From Eledone cirrhosa (Eukaryota), in NCBI GenBank assembly GCA_964016885.1, contig OZ024741.1, positions 31,000,001 to 31,064,000 of the forward strand: a DNA stretch of 64,000 nt, written 5' to 3'. A model generated the notes under the pieces. The model saw only the letters and a program-made list of their open reading frames with translations. It ran no database searches and was not told the origin of the DNA. The position numbers and the translations under genes are program-made. Numbering within the stretch: the first letter of the stretch is position 1; every line of letters starts with the position of its first letter. Shown here in pieces: positions 1 through 15,678 of this stretch.

Positions 1-3000
1 GTCATACTTCCTTCCACTCCTTCCTTCCTTCAATACATCATTACAGTCATACTTCCTTCCACTCCTTCCTTCCTTCAATACATCATTACAGTCATACTTC
101 CTCCCACTCCTTCCTTCCTTCAATACATCATTACAGTCATACTTCCTTCCACTCCTTCCTTCCTTCCTTCAATACATCATTACAGTCATAATTTCTTCCA
201 CTCCTTCCTTCCTTCAATACATCATTACAGTCATACTTCCTTCCACTCCTTCCTTCCCTCCTTCAATACATCATTACAGACATACTTCTTTCCACTCCTT
301 CCTTCCTTCAATACATCATTACAGTCATACTTCCTTCCACTCCTTCCTTCCCTCCTTCAATACATCATTACAGACATACTTCTTTCCACTCCTTCCTTCC
401 GTCAATACATCATTACAGTCATACTTCCTTCCACTCCTTCATTCCTTCAATACATCATTACAGTCATACTTCCTTCCACTCCTTCCTTCCTTCAATACAT
501 CATTACAGTCATACTTCGTTTCACTCCTTCCTTCCTTCAATACATCATTACAGTCATACTTCCTTCCACTCCATCCTTTCTTCCTTCAATACATTATTAC
601 AGTCATACTTCCTTCCACTCCTTCCTTCGTTCCTTCAATACATTATTACAGTTATACTTCCATCCACTCCTTCATTCGTTCAAAACATCATTACAGTCAT
701 ACTTCCTTCCACTCCTTCCTTCAATACATCATTACAGTCATACTTCCTTCCACTCCTTCCTTCAATACATCATTACAGTCATACTTCCTTTCCACTCCTT
801 CCTTCAATACATCATTACAGTCATATTTCCTTCCCCTCCTTCCTTCCTTCAATACATCATTACAGTCATACTTCCTTCCACTCCTTCCTTCCTTCAATAC
901 ATCATTACAGTCATACTTCCTTCCACTCCTTCCTTCCTTCAATACATCATTGAAGTCATACTTCCTTCCACTCCTTCCTTCCTTCAATACATCATTACAG
1001 TCATACTTCCTTCCCCTCCTTCCTTCCTTCAATACATCATTACAGTCATACTTCCTTCCACTCCTTCCTTCCTTCAATACATCATTACAGTCATACTTCC
1101 TCCCACTCCTTCCTTCCTTCAATACATCATTGAAGTCATACTTCCTTCCACTCCTTCCTTCCTTCAATACATCATTACAGTCATACTTTCTTCCACTCCT
1201 TCCTTCCTTCAATACATCATTACAGTCATACTTCCTTCCACTCCTTCCTTACTTCAATACATCATTACAGTCATACTTTCTTCCTCTCCTTCCTTCCTTC
1301 AATACATCATTACAGTCATACTTCCTTCCACTCCTTCCTTCCTTCAATACATCATTACAGTCATACTTCCTTTCCACTCCTTCGTTCCTTCAATACATCA
1401 TTACAGTCATACTTCCTTCCACTCCTTCCTTCCTTCAATACATCATTACAGTCATACTTCCTTCCACTCATTCCTTCCTCCAATACATCATTACAGACAT
1501 ACTTCCTTCCACTCCTTCCTTCCTTCAATACATCATCACAGTCATACTTCCTTCCACTCCTTCCTTCGTTCCTTCAATACATCATTACAGTCATACTTCC
1601 TTTCACTCCTTCCTTCCTTCAATACATCATTACAGTCATACTTCCTTCCACTCCTTCCTTCCTTCAATGCATCATTACAGTCATACTTCCTTCCACTTCT
1701 TCCTTCCTTCAACACATCATCACAGTCATAATTCCTTCCACTCATTCCTTCCTTCAATACATCATTACAGTCATACTTCCTTCAACTCCTTCCTTCCTTC
1801 AATACATCATTACATACATACTTCCTTCCACTCCTTCCTTCCTTCAATACATCATCACAGTCATACTTCCTTCAACTCCTTCCTTCCTTCAATACATCAT
1901 CACAGTCATACTTCCTTCAACTCCTTCCTTCCTTCAATACATCATTACAGTCATATTTCCTTCCACTCCTTCCTTCCTTAAATACATCATTACAGTCATA
2001 CTTCCTTCCACTCCTTCCTTCCCTCCTTCAATACATCATTACAGACATACTTCTTTCCAATCCTTCCTTCCTTCAATACATCATTACAGTCATACTTCCT
2101 TCCACTCCTTCCTTCCCTCCTTCAATACATCATTACAGACATACTTCTTTCCACTCCTTCCTTCCGTCAATACATCATTACAGTCATACTTCCTTCCACT
2201 CCTTCCTTCCTTAAATACATCATTACAGTCATACTTCCTTCCACTCCTTCATTCCTTCAATACATCATTACAGTCATACTTCCTTCCACTCCCTCCTTCC
2301 TTCAATACATCATTACAGTCATACTTCCTTCCACTCCTTCCTTCCTTCAATACATCATTACAGTCATACTTCCTTCCACTCCTTCCTTTCTTCAATACAT
2401 CATTACAGTCATACTTCCTCCCACTCCTTCCTTCCTTCAATACATCATTACAGTCATACTTCCTTCCACTCCTTCCTTCCTTCCTTCAATACATCATTAC
2501 AGTCATACTTTCCTCCACTCCTTCCTTCCTTCAATACATCATTACAGTCATACTTCCTTCCACTCCTTCCTTCCTTCAATACATCATTACAGTCATACTT
2601 TCTTCCTCTCCTTCCTTCAATACATCATTACAGTCATACTTAATTCCACTCCTTCCTTCCTTCAATACATCATTACAGTTATACTTCCTTCCACTCCTTC
2701 CTTCCTTCAATACATCATTACAGACATACTTCCTCCCACTCCTTCCTTCCTTCAATACATCATCACAGTCATACTTCCTTCCACTCCTTCCTTCGTTCCT
2801 TCAATACATCATTACAGTCATACTTCCTTCCACTCCTTCCTTCCTTCAATACATCATTACAGTCATACTTCCTTCCACTCCTTCCTTCCTTCAATGCATC
2901 ATTACAGTCATACTTCCTTCCACTTCTTCCTTCCTTCAATACATCATTACAGTCATACTTCCTTCCACTTCTTCCTTCCTTCAATACATCATTACAGTCA

Positions 3001-6000
3001 TAATTCCTTCCACTCATTCCTTCCTTCAATACATCATTACAGTCATACTCCCTTCAACTCCTTCCTTCCTTCAATACATCATTACAGACATACTTCCTTC
3101 CACTCCTTCCTTCCTTCAATACATCATTACAGTCATACTTCCTTCCACTCCTTCCTTCCTTCCTTCAATACATCATTACAGTCATACTTTCTTCCACTCC
3201 TTCCTTCCTTCAATACATCATTACAGTCATACTTCCTTCCACTCCTTCCTTCCCTCCTTCAATACATCATTACAGACATACTTCTTTCCACTCCTTCCTT
3301 CCTTCAATACATCATTACAGTCATACTTCCTTCCACTCCTTCCTTCGTTCCTTCAATACATCATTACAGTCATACTTCCTTTCACTCCTTCCTTCCTTCA
3401 ATACATCATTACAGTCATACTTCCTTCCACTCCTTCCCTCCTTCAATACATCATTACAGACATACTTCCTTCCACTCCTTCCTTCCTTCAATACATCATG
3501 ACAGTCATACTTCCTTCCACTCCTTGCTTCCCTCCTTCAATACATCATTACAGACATACTTCCGTCCACTCCTTCCTTCCTTCCTTCAATACATCATGAC
3601 AGTCATACTTCCTTCCACTCCTTCCTTCCCTCCTTCAATACATCATTACAGACATACTTCCGTCCACTCCTTCCTTCCTTCCTTCAATACATCATTACAG
3701 TCATACTTCCTTCCACTCCTTCCTTCCTTCAATACATCATTACAGACATACTTCCTTCCACTCCTTCCTTCCTTCAATACATCATTACTGTCATACTTCC
3801 TTCCACTCCTTCCTTCAATACATCATTACAGTCATACTTCCTTCCACTCATTCCTTCCTTCAATACATCATTACAGTCATAATTCCTTCCACTCATTCCT
3901 TCCTTCAATACATCATTACAGTCATACTCCCTTCAACTCCTTCCTTCCTTCAATACATCATTACAGACATACTTCCTTCCACTCCTTCCTTCCTTCAATA
4001 CATCATTACAGTCATACTTCCTTCCACTCCTTCCTTCAATACATCCTTACTGTCATACTTCCTTCCACTCCTTCCTTCAATACATCATTACAGTCATACT
4101 TCCTTTCCACTCCTTCCTTCAATACATCATTACAGTCATACTTCCTTCCACTCCTTCCTTCCTTCCTTCCCTCCTACAATACATCATTACAGTCATACTT
4201 CCTTCCACTCCTTCCTTACTTCAATACATCATTACAGTCATACTTTCTTCCTCTCCTTCCTTCCTTCAATACATCATTACAGTCATACTTCCTTCCACTC
4301 CTTCCTTCCTTCAATACATCATTACAGTCATACTTCCTTCCACTCCTTCCTTCCTTCACTACATCATTACAGACATACTTCCTTCCACTCCTTCCTTCCT
4401 TCAATACATCATCACAGTCATACTTCCTTCCACTCCTTCCTTCGTTCCTTCAATACATCATTACAGTCATACTTCCTTTCACTCCTTCCTTCCTTCAATA
4501 CATCATTACAGTCATACTTCCTTCCACTCCTTCCTTCCTTCAATGCATCATTACAGTCATACTTCCTTCCACTTCTTCCTTCCTTCAACACATCATCACA
4601 GTCATAATTCCTTCCACTCATTCCTTCCTTCAATACATCATTACAGTCATACTTCCTTCAACTCCTTCCTTCCTTCTATACATTATTACAGACATACTTC
4701 CTTCCACTCCTTCCTTCCTTCAATACATCATCACAGTCATACTTCCTTCAACTCCTTCCTTCCTTCAATACATCATTACAGTCATACTTCCTTCCACTCC
4801 TTCCTTCCTTAAATACATCATTACAGTCATACTTCCTTCCACTCCTTCCTTCCCTCCTTCAATACATCATTACAGACATACTTCTTTCCACTCCTTCCTT
4901 CCTTCAATACATCATTACAGTCATACTTCCTTCCACTCCTTCCTTCCCTCCTTCAATACATCATTACAGTCATACTTCCTTCCACTCCTTCCTTCCTTCA
5001 ATACATCATTACAGTTATACTTCCTTCCACTCATTCCTTCCTTCAATACATCATTACAGTCATACTTCCTTCCACTCCCTCCTTCCTTCAATACATCATT
5101 ACAGTCATACTTCCTTTCACTCCTTCCACTCCTTCCTTCCTTCAATACATCATTTCAGTCATACTTCCTTCCACTCCTTCCTTTCTTCCTTCAATACATC
5201 ATTACAGTCATACTTCCTTCCACTCCTTTCTTCCTACAATACATCATTACAGTCATACTTCCTTCCACTCCTTCCTTCCTTCCTTCAATACATCATTACA
5301 GTCATACTTCCTTCCACTCCTTCCCTCCTTCAATACATCATTACAGACATACTTCCTTCCACTCCTTCCTTCCTTCAATACATCATGACAGTCATACTTC
5401 CTTCCACTCCTTCCTTCCCTCCTTCAATACATCATTACAGACATACTTCCTTCCACTCATTCCTTCCTTCAATACATCATAACAGTCATACTTCCTACCA
5501 CTCCTTTCTTCCTTCCTTCAATACATCATTACAGTCATACTTCCTTCCACTCCTTCCACTCCTTCCTTCCTTCAATACATCATTACAGTCATACTTCCTT
5601 CCACTCATTCCTTCCTTCAATACATCATTACAGACATACTTCCTTCCACTCCTTCCTTCAATACATCATTACAATCATACTTCCTTCCACTCCTTCCTTC
5701 CTTCCTTCAATACATCATTACAGTCATACTTCCTTCCACTCCTTCCTTCCCTCCTTCCTTCAATACATCATTACAGTCATACTTCCTTCCACTCCTTCCT
5801 TCCCTCGTTCATTACATCATTACAGTCATACTTCCTTCCACTCCTTCCTTGATTCCTTCAATACATCATTACAGTCATACTTCCTTTCCACTCCTTCCTT
5901 CAATACATCATTACAGTCATACTTCCTTCCACTCCTTCCTTCAATACATCATTACAGTCATACTTCCTTCCACTCCTTCCTTCCTTCAATACATCATTAC

Positions 6001-9000
6001 AGTCATACTTCCTTCCACTCCTTCCTTCCCTCGTTCATTACATCATTACAGTCATACTTCCTTCCACTCCTTCCTTGATTCCTTCAATACATCATTACAG
6101 TCATACTTCCTTTCCACTCCTTCCTTCAATACATCATTACAGTCATACTTCCTTTCCACTCCTTCCTTCAATACATCATTACGGTCATACTTCCTTCCAC
6201 TCCTTCCTTCCTTCAATACATCATTACAGTCATACTTCCTTCCACTCCTTCCTTCCTTCAATGCATCATTACAGTCATACTTCCTTCCACTCCTTCCTTC
6301 CTTCAATACATCATTACAGTCGTACTTCCTTCCACTCCTTCCTTCCCTCCTTCAATACATCATTACATACATACTTCCTTCCACTCCTTCCTTCCTTCAA
6401 TACATCATTACAGTCATACTTTCTTCCACTCCTTCCTTCCCTCCTTCAATACATCCTTACAGTCATATTTCCATCCACTCCTTCCTTCCTTCAATACATC
6501 ATTACAGTCATACTTCCTTCCACTCCTTCCTTCCCTCCTTCAATACATCATTACAGTCATACTTCCTTCCACTCCTTCCTTCCTTCAATACATCACTACA
6601 GTCATACTTCCTTCCACCCTTTCCTTCATTCCTTCAATACATCATTACAGTCATACTTCCTTCCACTCCTTCCTTCCTTCAATACATCATTACAGTCATA
6701 CTTCCTTCCACTCCTTCCTTCCTTCAATACATCATTACAGACATACTTCCTTCCACTCCTTCCTTCCTTCAATACATCATTACAGTCATAATTCCTTCCA
6801 CTCCTTCCTTCCTTCAATACATCATTACAGTCATAATTCCTTCCACTCCTTCCTTCCTTCAATACATCATTACAGTCATACTTCCTTCCTCTCCTTCCTT
6901 CCTTCCTTCAATACATCATTACAGACATACTTCCTTCCACTCCTTCCTTCCTTCAATACATCATTACAGACATACTTCCTTCCACTCCTTCCTTCCTTCA
7001 ATACATCATTACAGTCATACTTCCTTCCACCCCTTCCTTCCTTCCTTCAATACATCATTACAGACATACTTCCTTCCACTCCTTCCTTCCTTCAATACAT
7101 CGTTACAGTCATATTTCTTTCCACTCCTTCCTTCCTTCCTTCAATACATCATTACAGTCATACTTCCTTCCACTCCTTCCTTCCTTCAATACATCATTAC
7201 AGACATACTTCCTTCCACTCCTTCCTTGCTTCAATACATCATTGCAGTCATACTTCCTTCCACTCCTTCCTTCCTTCCTTCAATACATCATTACAGTCAT
7301 ACTTCCTTCCACTCCTTCCTTCCTTCTTTCAATACATCATTACAGACATACTTCCTTCCACTCCTTCCTTCCTTCAATACATCATTACAGTCATACTTCC
7401 TTTCACTCCTTCCCTCTTTCAGTACATCATTACAGTCATACTTTCTTCCACTCCTTCCTTCCCTCCTTCAATACATCCTTACAGTCATATTTCCATCCAC
7501 TCCTTCCTTCCTTCAATACATCATTACAGTCATACTTCCTTCCACTCCTTCCTTCCCTCCTTCAATACATCATTACAGTCATACTTCCTTCCACTCCTTT
7601 CTTCCCTCCTTCAATACATCATTACAGTCATACTTCCTTCCACTCCTTCCTTCCTTCAATACATCATTACAGTCATACTTCCTTCCACTCCTTCCTTCCT
7701 TCAATACATCATTACAGACATACTTCCTTCCACTCCTTCCTTCCTTCCTTCAATACATCATTACAGTCATACTTCCTTCCACCCTTTCCTTCATTCCTTC
7801 AATACATCATTACATACATACTTCCTTCCACTCCTTCCTTGCTTCAATACATCATTACTGTCATACTTCCTTCCACTCCTTCCTTCCTTCCTTCCTTCAA
7901 TACATCATTACAGTCATACTTCCTTCCACTCCTTCCTTCCTTCTTTCAATACATCATTACAGACATACTTCCTTCCACTCCTTCCTTCCTTCAATACATC
8001 ATTACAGTCATACTTCCTTCCACTCCTTCCTTCCCTCCTTCAATACATCATTACAGTCATACTTCCTTCCACTCCTTTCTTCCCTCCTTCAATACATCAT
8101 TACAGTCATACTTCCTTCCACTCCTTCCTTCCTTCAATACATCATTACAGTCATACTTCCTTCCACCCTTTCCTTCATTCCTTCAATACATCATTACAGT
8201 CATACTTCCTTCCACTCCTTCCTTCCTTCAATACATCATTACAGTCATACTTCCTTCCACTCCTTCCTTCCTTCAATACATCATTACAGTCATACTTCCT
8301 TCCACCCTTTCCTTCATTCCTTCAATACATCATTACAGTCATACTTCCTTCCACTCCTTCCTTCCTTCAATACATCATTACAGTCATACTTCCTTCCACT
8401 CCTTCCTTCCTTCAATACATCATTACAGACATACTTCCTTCCACTCCTTCCTTCCTTCAATACATCATTACAGTCATAATTCCTTCCACTCCTTCCTTCC
8501 TTCAATACATCATTACAGTCATAATTCCTTCCACTCCTTCCTTTCTTCAATACATCATTACAGTCATACTTCCTTCCTCTCCTTCCTTCCTTCCTTCAAT
8601 ACATTATTACAGACATACTTCCTTCCACTCCTTCCTTCCTTCAATACATCATTACAGACATACTTCCTTCCACTCCTTCCTTCCTTCCTTCAATACATCA
8701 TTACAGTCATACTTCCTTCCACTCCTTCCTTCCTTCAATACATCATTACAGACATACTTCCTTCCACTCCTTCCTTGCTTCAATACATCATTGCAGTCAT
8801 ACTTCCTTCCACTCCTTCCTTCCTTCCTTCAATACATCATTACAGACATACTTCCTTCCACTCCTTCCTTCCTTCCTTCAATACATCATTACAGTCATAC
8901 TTCCTTCCACTCCTTCCTTCCTTCAATACATCATTACAGACATACTTCCTTCCACTCCTTCCTTGCTTCAATACATCATTGCAGTCATACTTCCTTCCAC

Positions 9001-12000
9001 TCCTTCCTTCCTTCCTTCAATACATCATTACAGTCATACTTCCTTCCACTCCTTCCTTCCTTCTTTCAATACATCATTACAGACATACTTCCTTCCACTC
9101 CTTCCTTCCTTCAATACATCATTACAGTCATACTTCCTTCCACTCCTTCCTTCCTTCCTTCAATACATCATTACAGTCATACTTCCTTCCACTCCTTCCT
9201 TCCCTCCTTCCTTCAATACATCATTACAGTCATACTTCCTTCCACTCCTTCCTTCCCTCGTTCATTACATCATTACAGTCATACTTCCTTCCACTCCTTC
9301 CTTGATTCCTTCAATACATCATTACAGTCATACTTCCTTTCCACTCCTTCCTTCAATACATCATTACAGTCATACTTCCTTCCACTCCTTCCTTCAATAC
9401 ATCATTACAGTCATACTTCCTTCCACTCCTTCCTTCCTTCAATACATCATTACAGTCATACTTCCTTCCACTCCTTCCTTCCCTCGTTCATTACATCATT
9501 ACAGTCATACTTCCTTCCACTCCTTCCTTGATTCCTTCAATACATCATTACAGTCATACTTCCTTTCCACTCCTTCCTTCAATACATCATTACAGTCATA
9601 CTTCCTTCCACTCCTTCCTTCAATACATCATTACAGTCATACTTCCTTCCACTCCTTCCTTCCTTCAATACATCATTACAGTCATACTTCCTTCCACTCC
9701 TTCCTTCCCTCGTTCATTACATCATTACAGTCATACTTCCTTCCACTCCTTCCTTGATTCCTTCAATACATCATTACAGTCATACTTCCTTTCCACTCCT
9801 TCCTTCAATACATCATTACAGTCATACTTCCTTTCCACTCCTTCCTTCAATACATCATTACGGTCATACTTCCTTCCACTCCTTCCTTCCTTCAATACAT
9901 CATTACAGTCATACTTCCTTCCACTCCTTCCTTCCTTCAATGCATCATTACAGTCATACTTCCTTCCACTCCTTCCTTCCTTCAATACATCATTACAGTC
10001 GTACTTCCTTCCACTCCTTCCTTCCCTCCTTCAATACATCATTACATACATACTTCCTTCCACTCCTTCCTTCCTTCAATACATCATTACAGTCATACTT
10101 TCTTCCACTCCTTCCTTCCCTCCTTCAATACATCCTTACAGTCATATTTCCATCCACTCCTTCCTTCCTTCAATACATCATTACAGTCATACTTCCTTCC
10201 ACTCCTTCCTTCCCTCCTTCAATACATCATTACAGTCATACTTCCTTCCACTCCTTCCTTCCTTCAATACATCACTACAGTCATACTTCCTTCCACCCTT
10301 TCCTTCATTCCTTCAATACATCATTACAGTCATACTTCCTTCCACTCCTTCCTTCCTTCAATACATCATTACAGTCATACTTCCTTCCACTCCTTCCTTC
10401 CTTCAATACATCATTACAGACATACTTCCTTCCACTCCTTCCTTCCTTCAATACATCATTACAGTCATAATTCCTTCCACTCCTTCCTTCCTTCAATACA
10501 TCATTACAGTCATAATTCCTTCCACTCCTTCCTTCCTTCAATACATCATTACAGTCATACTTCCTTCCTCTCCTTCCTTCCTTCCTTCAATACATCATTA
10601 CAGACATACTTCCTTCCACTCCTTCCTTCCTTCAATACATCATTACAGACATACTTCCTTCCACTCCTTCCTTCCTTCAATACATCATTACAGTCATACT
10701 TCCTTCCACCCCTTCCTTCCTTCCTTCAATACATCATTACAGACATACTTCCTTCCACTCCTTCCTTCCTTCAATACATCGTTACAGTCATATTTCTTTC
10801 CACTCCTTCCTTCCTTCCTTCAATACATCATTACAGTCATACTTCCTTCCACTCCTTCCTTCCTTCAATACATCATTACAGACATACTTCCTTCCACTCC
10901 TTCCTTACTTCAATACATCATTGCAGTCATACTTCCTTCCACTCCTTCCTTCCTTCCTTCAATACATCATTACAGTCATACTTCCTTCCACTCCTTCCTT
11001 CCTTCTTTCAATACATCATTACAGACATACTTCCTTCCACTCCTTCCTTCCTTCAATACATCATTACAGTCATACTTCCTTTCACTCCTTCCCTCTTTCA
11101 GTACATCATTACAGTCATACTTTCTTCCACTCCTTCCTTCCCTCCTTCAATACATCCTTACAGTCATATTTCCATCCACTCCTTCCTTCCTTCAATACAT
11201 CATTACAGTCATACTTCCTTCCACTCCTTCCTTCCCTCCTTCAATACATCATTACAGTCATACTTCCTTCCACTCCTTTCTTCCCTCCTTCAATACATCA
11301 TTACAGTCATACTTCCTTCCACTCCTTCCTTCCTTCAATACATCATTACAGTCATACTTCCTTCCACTCCTTCCTTCCTTCAATACATCATTACAGACAT
11401 ACTTCCTTCCACTCCTTCCTTCCTTCCTTCAATACATCATTACAGTCATACTTCCTTCCACCCTTTCCTTCATTCCTTCAATACATCATTACATACATAC
11501 TTCCTTCCACTCCTTCCTTGCTTCAATACATCATTACTGTCATACTTCCTTCCACTCCTTCCTTCCTTCCTTCAATACATCATTACAGTCATACTTCCTT
11601 CCACTCCTTCCTTCCTTCAATACATCATTACAGTCATACTTCCTTCCACTCCTTCCTTCCTTCAATACATCATTACAGACATACTTCCTTCCACTCCTTC
11701 CTTCCTTCAATACATCATTACAGACATACTTCCTTCCACTCCTTCCTTCCTTCAATACATCATTACAGTCATAATTCCTTCCACTCCTTCCTTCCTTCAA
11801 TACATCATTACAGTCATAATTCCTTCCACTCCTTCCTTTCTTCAATACATCATTACAGTCATACTTCCTTCCTCTCCTTCCTTCCTTCCTTCAATACATT
11901 ATTACAGACATACTTCCTTCCACTCCTTCCTTCCTTCAATACATCATTACAGACATACTTCCTTCCACTCCTTCCTTCCTTCCTTCAATACATCATTACA

Positions 12001-12787
12001 GTCATACTTCCTTCCACTCCTTCCTTCCTTCAATACATCATTACAGACATACTTCCTTCCACTCCTTCCTTCCTTCAATACATCATTACAGACATACTTC
12101 CTTCCACTCCTTCCTTCCTTCCTTCAATACATCATTACAGTCATACTTCCTTCCACTCCTTCCTTCCTTCAATACATCATTACAGTCATACTTCCTTCCA
12201 CTCCTTCCTTCCTTCAATACATCATTACAGACATACTTCCTTCCACTCCTTCCTTGCTTCAATACATCATTACTGTCATACTTCCTTCCACTCCTTCCTT
12301 CCTTCCTTCAATACATCATTACAGTCATACTTCCTTCCACTCCTTCCTTCCTTCAATACATCATTACAGTCATACTTCCTTCCACTCCTTCCTTCCTTCA
12401 ATACATCATTACAGACATACTTCCTTCCACTCCTTCCTTGCTTCAATACATCATTACTGTCATACTTCCTTCCACTCCTTCCTTCCCTCCTACAATACAT
12501 CATTACAGTCATACTTCCTTCGACTCCTTCCTTGCTTCAATACATCATTGCAGTCATACTTCCTTCCACTCCTTCCTTCCTTCCTTCAATACATCATTAC
12601 AGTCATACTTCCTTCCACTCCTTCCTTCCTTCTTTCAATACATCATTACAGACATACTTCCTTCCACTCCTTCCTTCCTTCAATACATCATTACAGTCAT
12701 ACTTCCTTCCACTCCTTCCTTCCTTCCTTCAATACATCATTACAGTCATACTTCCTTCCACTCCTTCCTTCCCTCCTTCAATACATT
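1..12787. repeat. Tandem minisatellite, 45-bp consensus CAATACATCATTACAGTCATACTTCCTTCCACTCCTTCCTTCCTT (41/45/49-bp variants); runs off the left edge of the window
   Basis: Unit recurs at 31, 76, 121 etc. Length variants differ by one CTTC tetramer. The 15-aa periodicity of the spurious ORFs (KEGRSGRKYDCNDVL) equals 45 bp. Confidence 0.98.
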
Positions 12788-12840
12788 GATTAATTGAGCA
12801 ACAACAATTTTCTTATCTATTACTTTAGATTTATTCCCTT

Positions 12841-13663
12841 TGTTGTTGTTGTTGTTGGTGTCGTTGTTTTTGTTGTTGGTGTTGTTGTAGTTGTTGTTGT
12901 TGGTGGTGGTGGTGGTTATGTTGTTGTTGTTGTTGGTGGTGTTGTTGTTGTAGTTGTTGGTGGTGGAGGTTGTGGTTATGTTGATGTTGTTGTTGGTGTT
13001 GATGTTGTTGTTGTTGTTGTTGTTGTTGTTGGTGGTGGTTGTGGTTGTGGTGATGTTGTTGTTGTTGGTGGTGGTGGGGGTGGTGTTGTTGTTGTTATTG
13101 TTGATGTTGTTGTTGTTGTTGTAGTTGTTGGTGGTGGTGGTGGTGGTTATGTTGTTGTTGTTTTTGGTGTTGATGTTGTTGTTGTAGTTGTTGGTGTTGG
13201 TGGTTTTGGTGATGTTGTTGTTGTTGTTGGTGTTGATGTTGTTGTTGTTGTTTTTGTTTTTAGTGGTGGTGGTGAGCTTGATGTTGTTGGTGGTGTTGGT
13301 GTTGTCGTCGTTGTTGTTGCTGTTGATGCTGGTGGTGGCGCTGTAGTTGTTGATGTTGGTGGTGGTTGTGGTGGTGGTGTTGTTGATGTTGGTGGTGGTG
13401 GTGGTGTTGTCGTTGTTGTTTTTGTTGTTTGGTGGTGGTGATGTTGGTGGTGGTGGTGGTGTTTTCGATGTTGGTGTTGGTGCTAGTGTTGTTGATGTTG
13501 GTGGTGGTGGTGGTGTTGTTGTTCGTGTTGGTGGTGGTGGTGGTGGTGTTGTTCGTGTTAGTGTTGTAGCTGTTGATGTTAGCGTTGGTGTTGTCGTTGT
13601 TGTTGTTGGTGGTGGTGGTGGTGTTGGCGGTGGTGGTGGTGGTGGTGTTGATGTTGGTGGTGG

Positions 13664-13700
<37 letters not shown>

Positions 13701-13753
13701 TTTATTGTTGTTGTTGTCGCTGTTGTTGTTGTTATTGTTGTTGTTGTCGATGT
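12841..13753. repeat. Compound (GTT)n/(GGT)n/(GAT)n trinucleotide microsatellite
   Basis: About 900 bp composed almost only of GTT, GGT and GAT triplets. Confidence 0.95.
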
Positions 13754-13846
13754 TTACTTCGGGAGATCATTCATTAATTTTCGTCTTAATTGTATTTTTT
13801 AGAAAGTAAACCCGTTTGAAAGGTCAGATGCATGCTAACACATACA

Positions 13847-14030
13847 AGTATGTATGTATGTATGTATGTATGTATGTATGTATGTATGTATGTATGTATG
13901 TATGTATGCATTTATGTATGTATGCGTGTATGTATGCATGTAGCCATGTATGTATGTATGCATGCATGTTTATATATGTGTTTACGTAATATGGATTTAT
14001 GGATATACGTATGTATATATATATATATAT
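13847..14030. repeat. (TATG)n microsatellite decaying into (TA)n
   Basis: Direct reading of the sequence. Confidence 0.9.
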
Positions 14031-15308
14031 CACCAGATATAGATTAATTTTGGGGTAGGGTCTAGTGGTGCTGATAATTGCAGAAGAGAAGTATTTTCGG
14101 GATTATAGTTATATTGAAAATATGTCGAGAGTTAAGAATCATCAAGATTCGATTCTTGAAGGAAAAGTTTGATAGGTTGACAAGTAAGAGAATGAATTTA
14201 TGATGTCCCTTTGTTTAATATTTATTTCGTTAGATTTTTGAAGAACTAGCGTTGACATGATTAAATGGATTTTGTATGATGTTACAAAGATTAAAATCGG
14301 TTCAAAGCGGCCAGGCTGACAGGCAAAATCATCTCCATTACAAACGGTTTCCAATATCCAACTAAAATATTAAGGAATGTCCTTCAAAATGACTAAATAG
14401 CAATATTTTTCATTTATAAAAACTAAATTACCTCTGGCCCTCACACATGCTGTGCATTCCGTCTTCCATTATAAATTTCATTTATAAAAACATAACTACT
14501 TCTACTTCACACCTTTGTTGTATAGTCATTCTTTCTACAACTTCTATCATTATTAAACTGTTATACTATTCCTCGGAGTTTATATTGCTTATAGGAATAG
14601 AAAAGAACAGATTGTCAGTTCACACCATGGAACCTATGTTTTCATTGACCTTTCCATCACTAAATCTATTTGCCAGTGGCAGATTTTAACCGAACCGTTA
14701 TTGATGACACGAAGTGGTATTTGAATTGAAAACGCACTGAGCCGGTAATATATACCACAAAACATCCCTGAGTGGTCCTTTATTTATCTGCCTGAAAATG
14801 TTGAATGCTAATGTTATCTTCGGTTACATTTGAACACAAGGCTCTGTGAGCTGGAATACATATCAAGATGTTTAATATAACACGCTCTAACGCTTATACC
14901 AGGTGTAACATAATGACCTCATTTACTGGAATATTTATAATCACGGGTGAGCACACATACATATTCCTACTGAGATATCTATTCCATTTCTAAATCAAGC
15001 TAATCAGAGCTGGAGATCGGGAAATATATCAAGTATATCAAACTGTTTAATACTACAACTTGCACTATGCATTTAAAGAATTCACCCTGTTACAAGCATT
15101 ATGAATTGGTCTCTATTCTGATGATAAGCAATGAGAAATGGTCAGTTATTCTCTTTTCTCCACTAATTTTAGAGGGCCTCCCATAAAGGTAATGGATGTT
15201 GTTATTCTTCTCAATAAATCATAAACAAAATATCCTCTCTATGTATACATAATAATAAATTTGTTTCTATATTACATTGCAACCGACCCCTTTTTATGTA
15301 ACTGTAGG

Positions 15309-15610
15309 CAGGGCTGGATTTAGAACTTTGTGAGCCGGAGGCACTTGAAGGTTTGGGAAGTCCCTCATACGCAAAAAATAGAATACACAGTGCCCCCTCC
15401 ACAATTTTATATATCAAGTTTAGGGGGCGCAAGTAATTGGAATTGAAAAGTCCTACATACAGGCATTAAATACAAAAATTATAACCAGTCTAAAACTAAA
15501 TAGTCTAGCTGAGGGCTCATATAAACTGCTACGGCCGTCGCTGGTTCCCCACTCACCCCTGCAGAGGTGCTGGGACTATGATCCTCTTGCCCCCATTAAA
15601 TCCGGCCCTG
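15309..15610 (+). mobile_element. MITE-like non-autonomous DNA transposon (~300 bp) with ~14-bp imperfect TIRs
   Basis: Begins CAGGGCTGGATTTA and ends TAAATCCGGCCCTG. A diverged copy lies in reverse orientation at 55776-56063. No clear TSD. Confidence 0.6.
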
Positions 15611-15678
15611 GCAGTCGACATGGAACAGTCGATTAAAACGTTCTGAGTACTTGTCTCATTCATTATTTCATCAATCCA

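Noticed and set aside
1-12787. CRISPR-like regular repeat array
   Set aside because: There are no unique spacers (the whole unit repeats), no cas genes, and the context is eukaryotic.
721-12797. Long ORFs up to 876 aa (SFNTSLQSYFLPLLP / KEGRSGRKYDCNDVL repeats)
   Set aside because: They are translations of a stop-poor 45-bp minisatellite, open in several frames at once, with frame-breaking 4-bp indels.
12794-13809. Gly/Val-rich ORFs (Thr/Pro mucin-like on the reverse strand)
   Set aside because: Pure trinucleotide microsatellite with no other coding or splice evidence.
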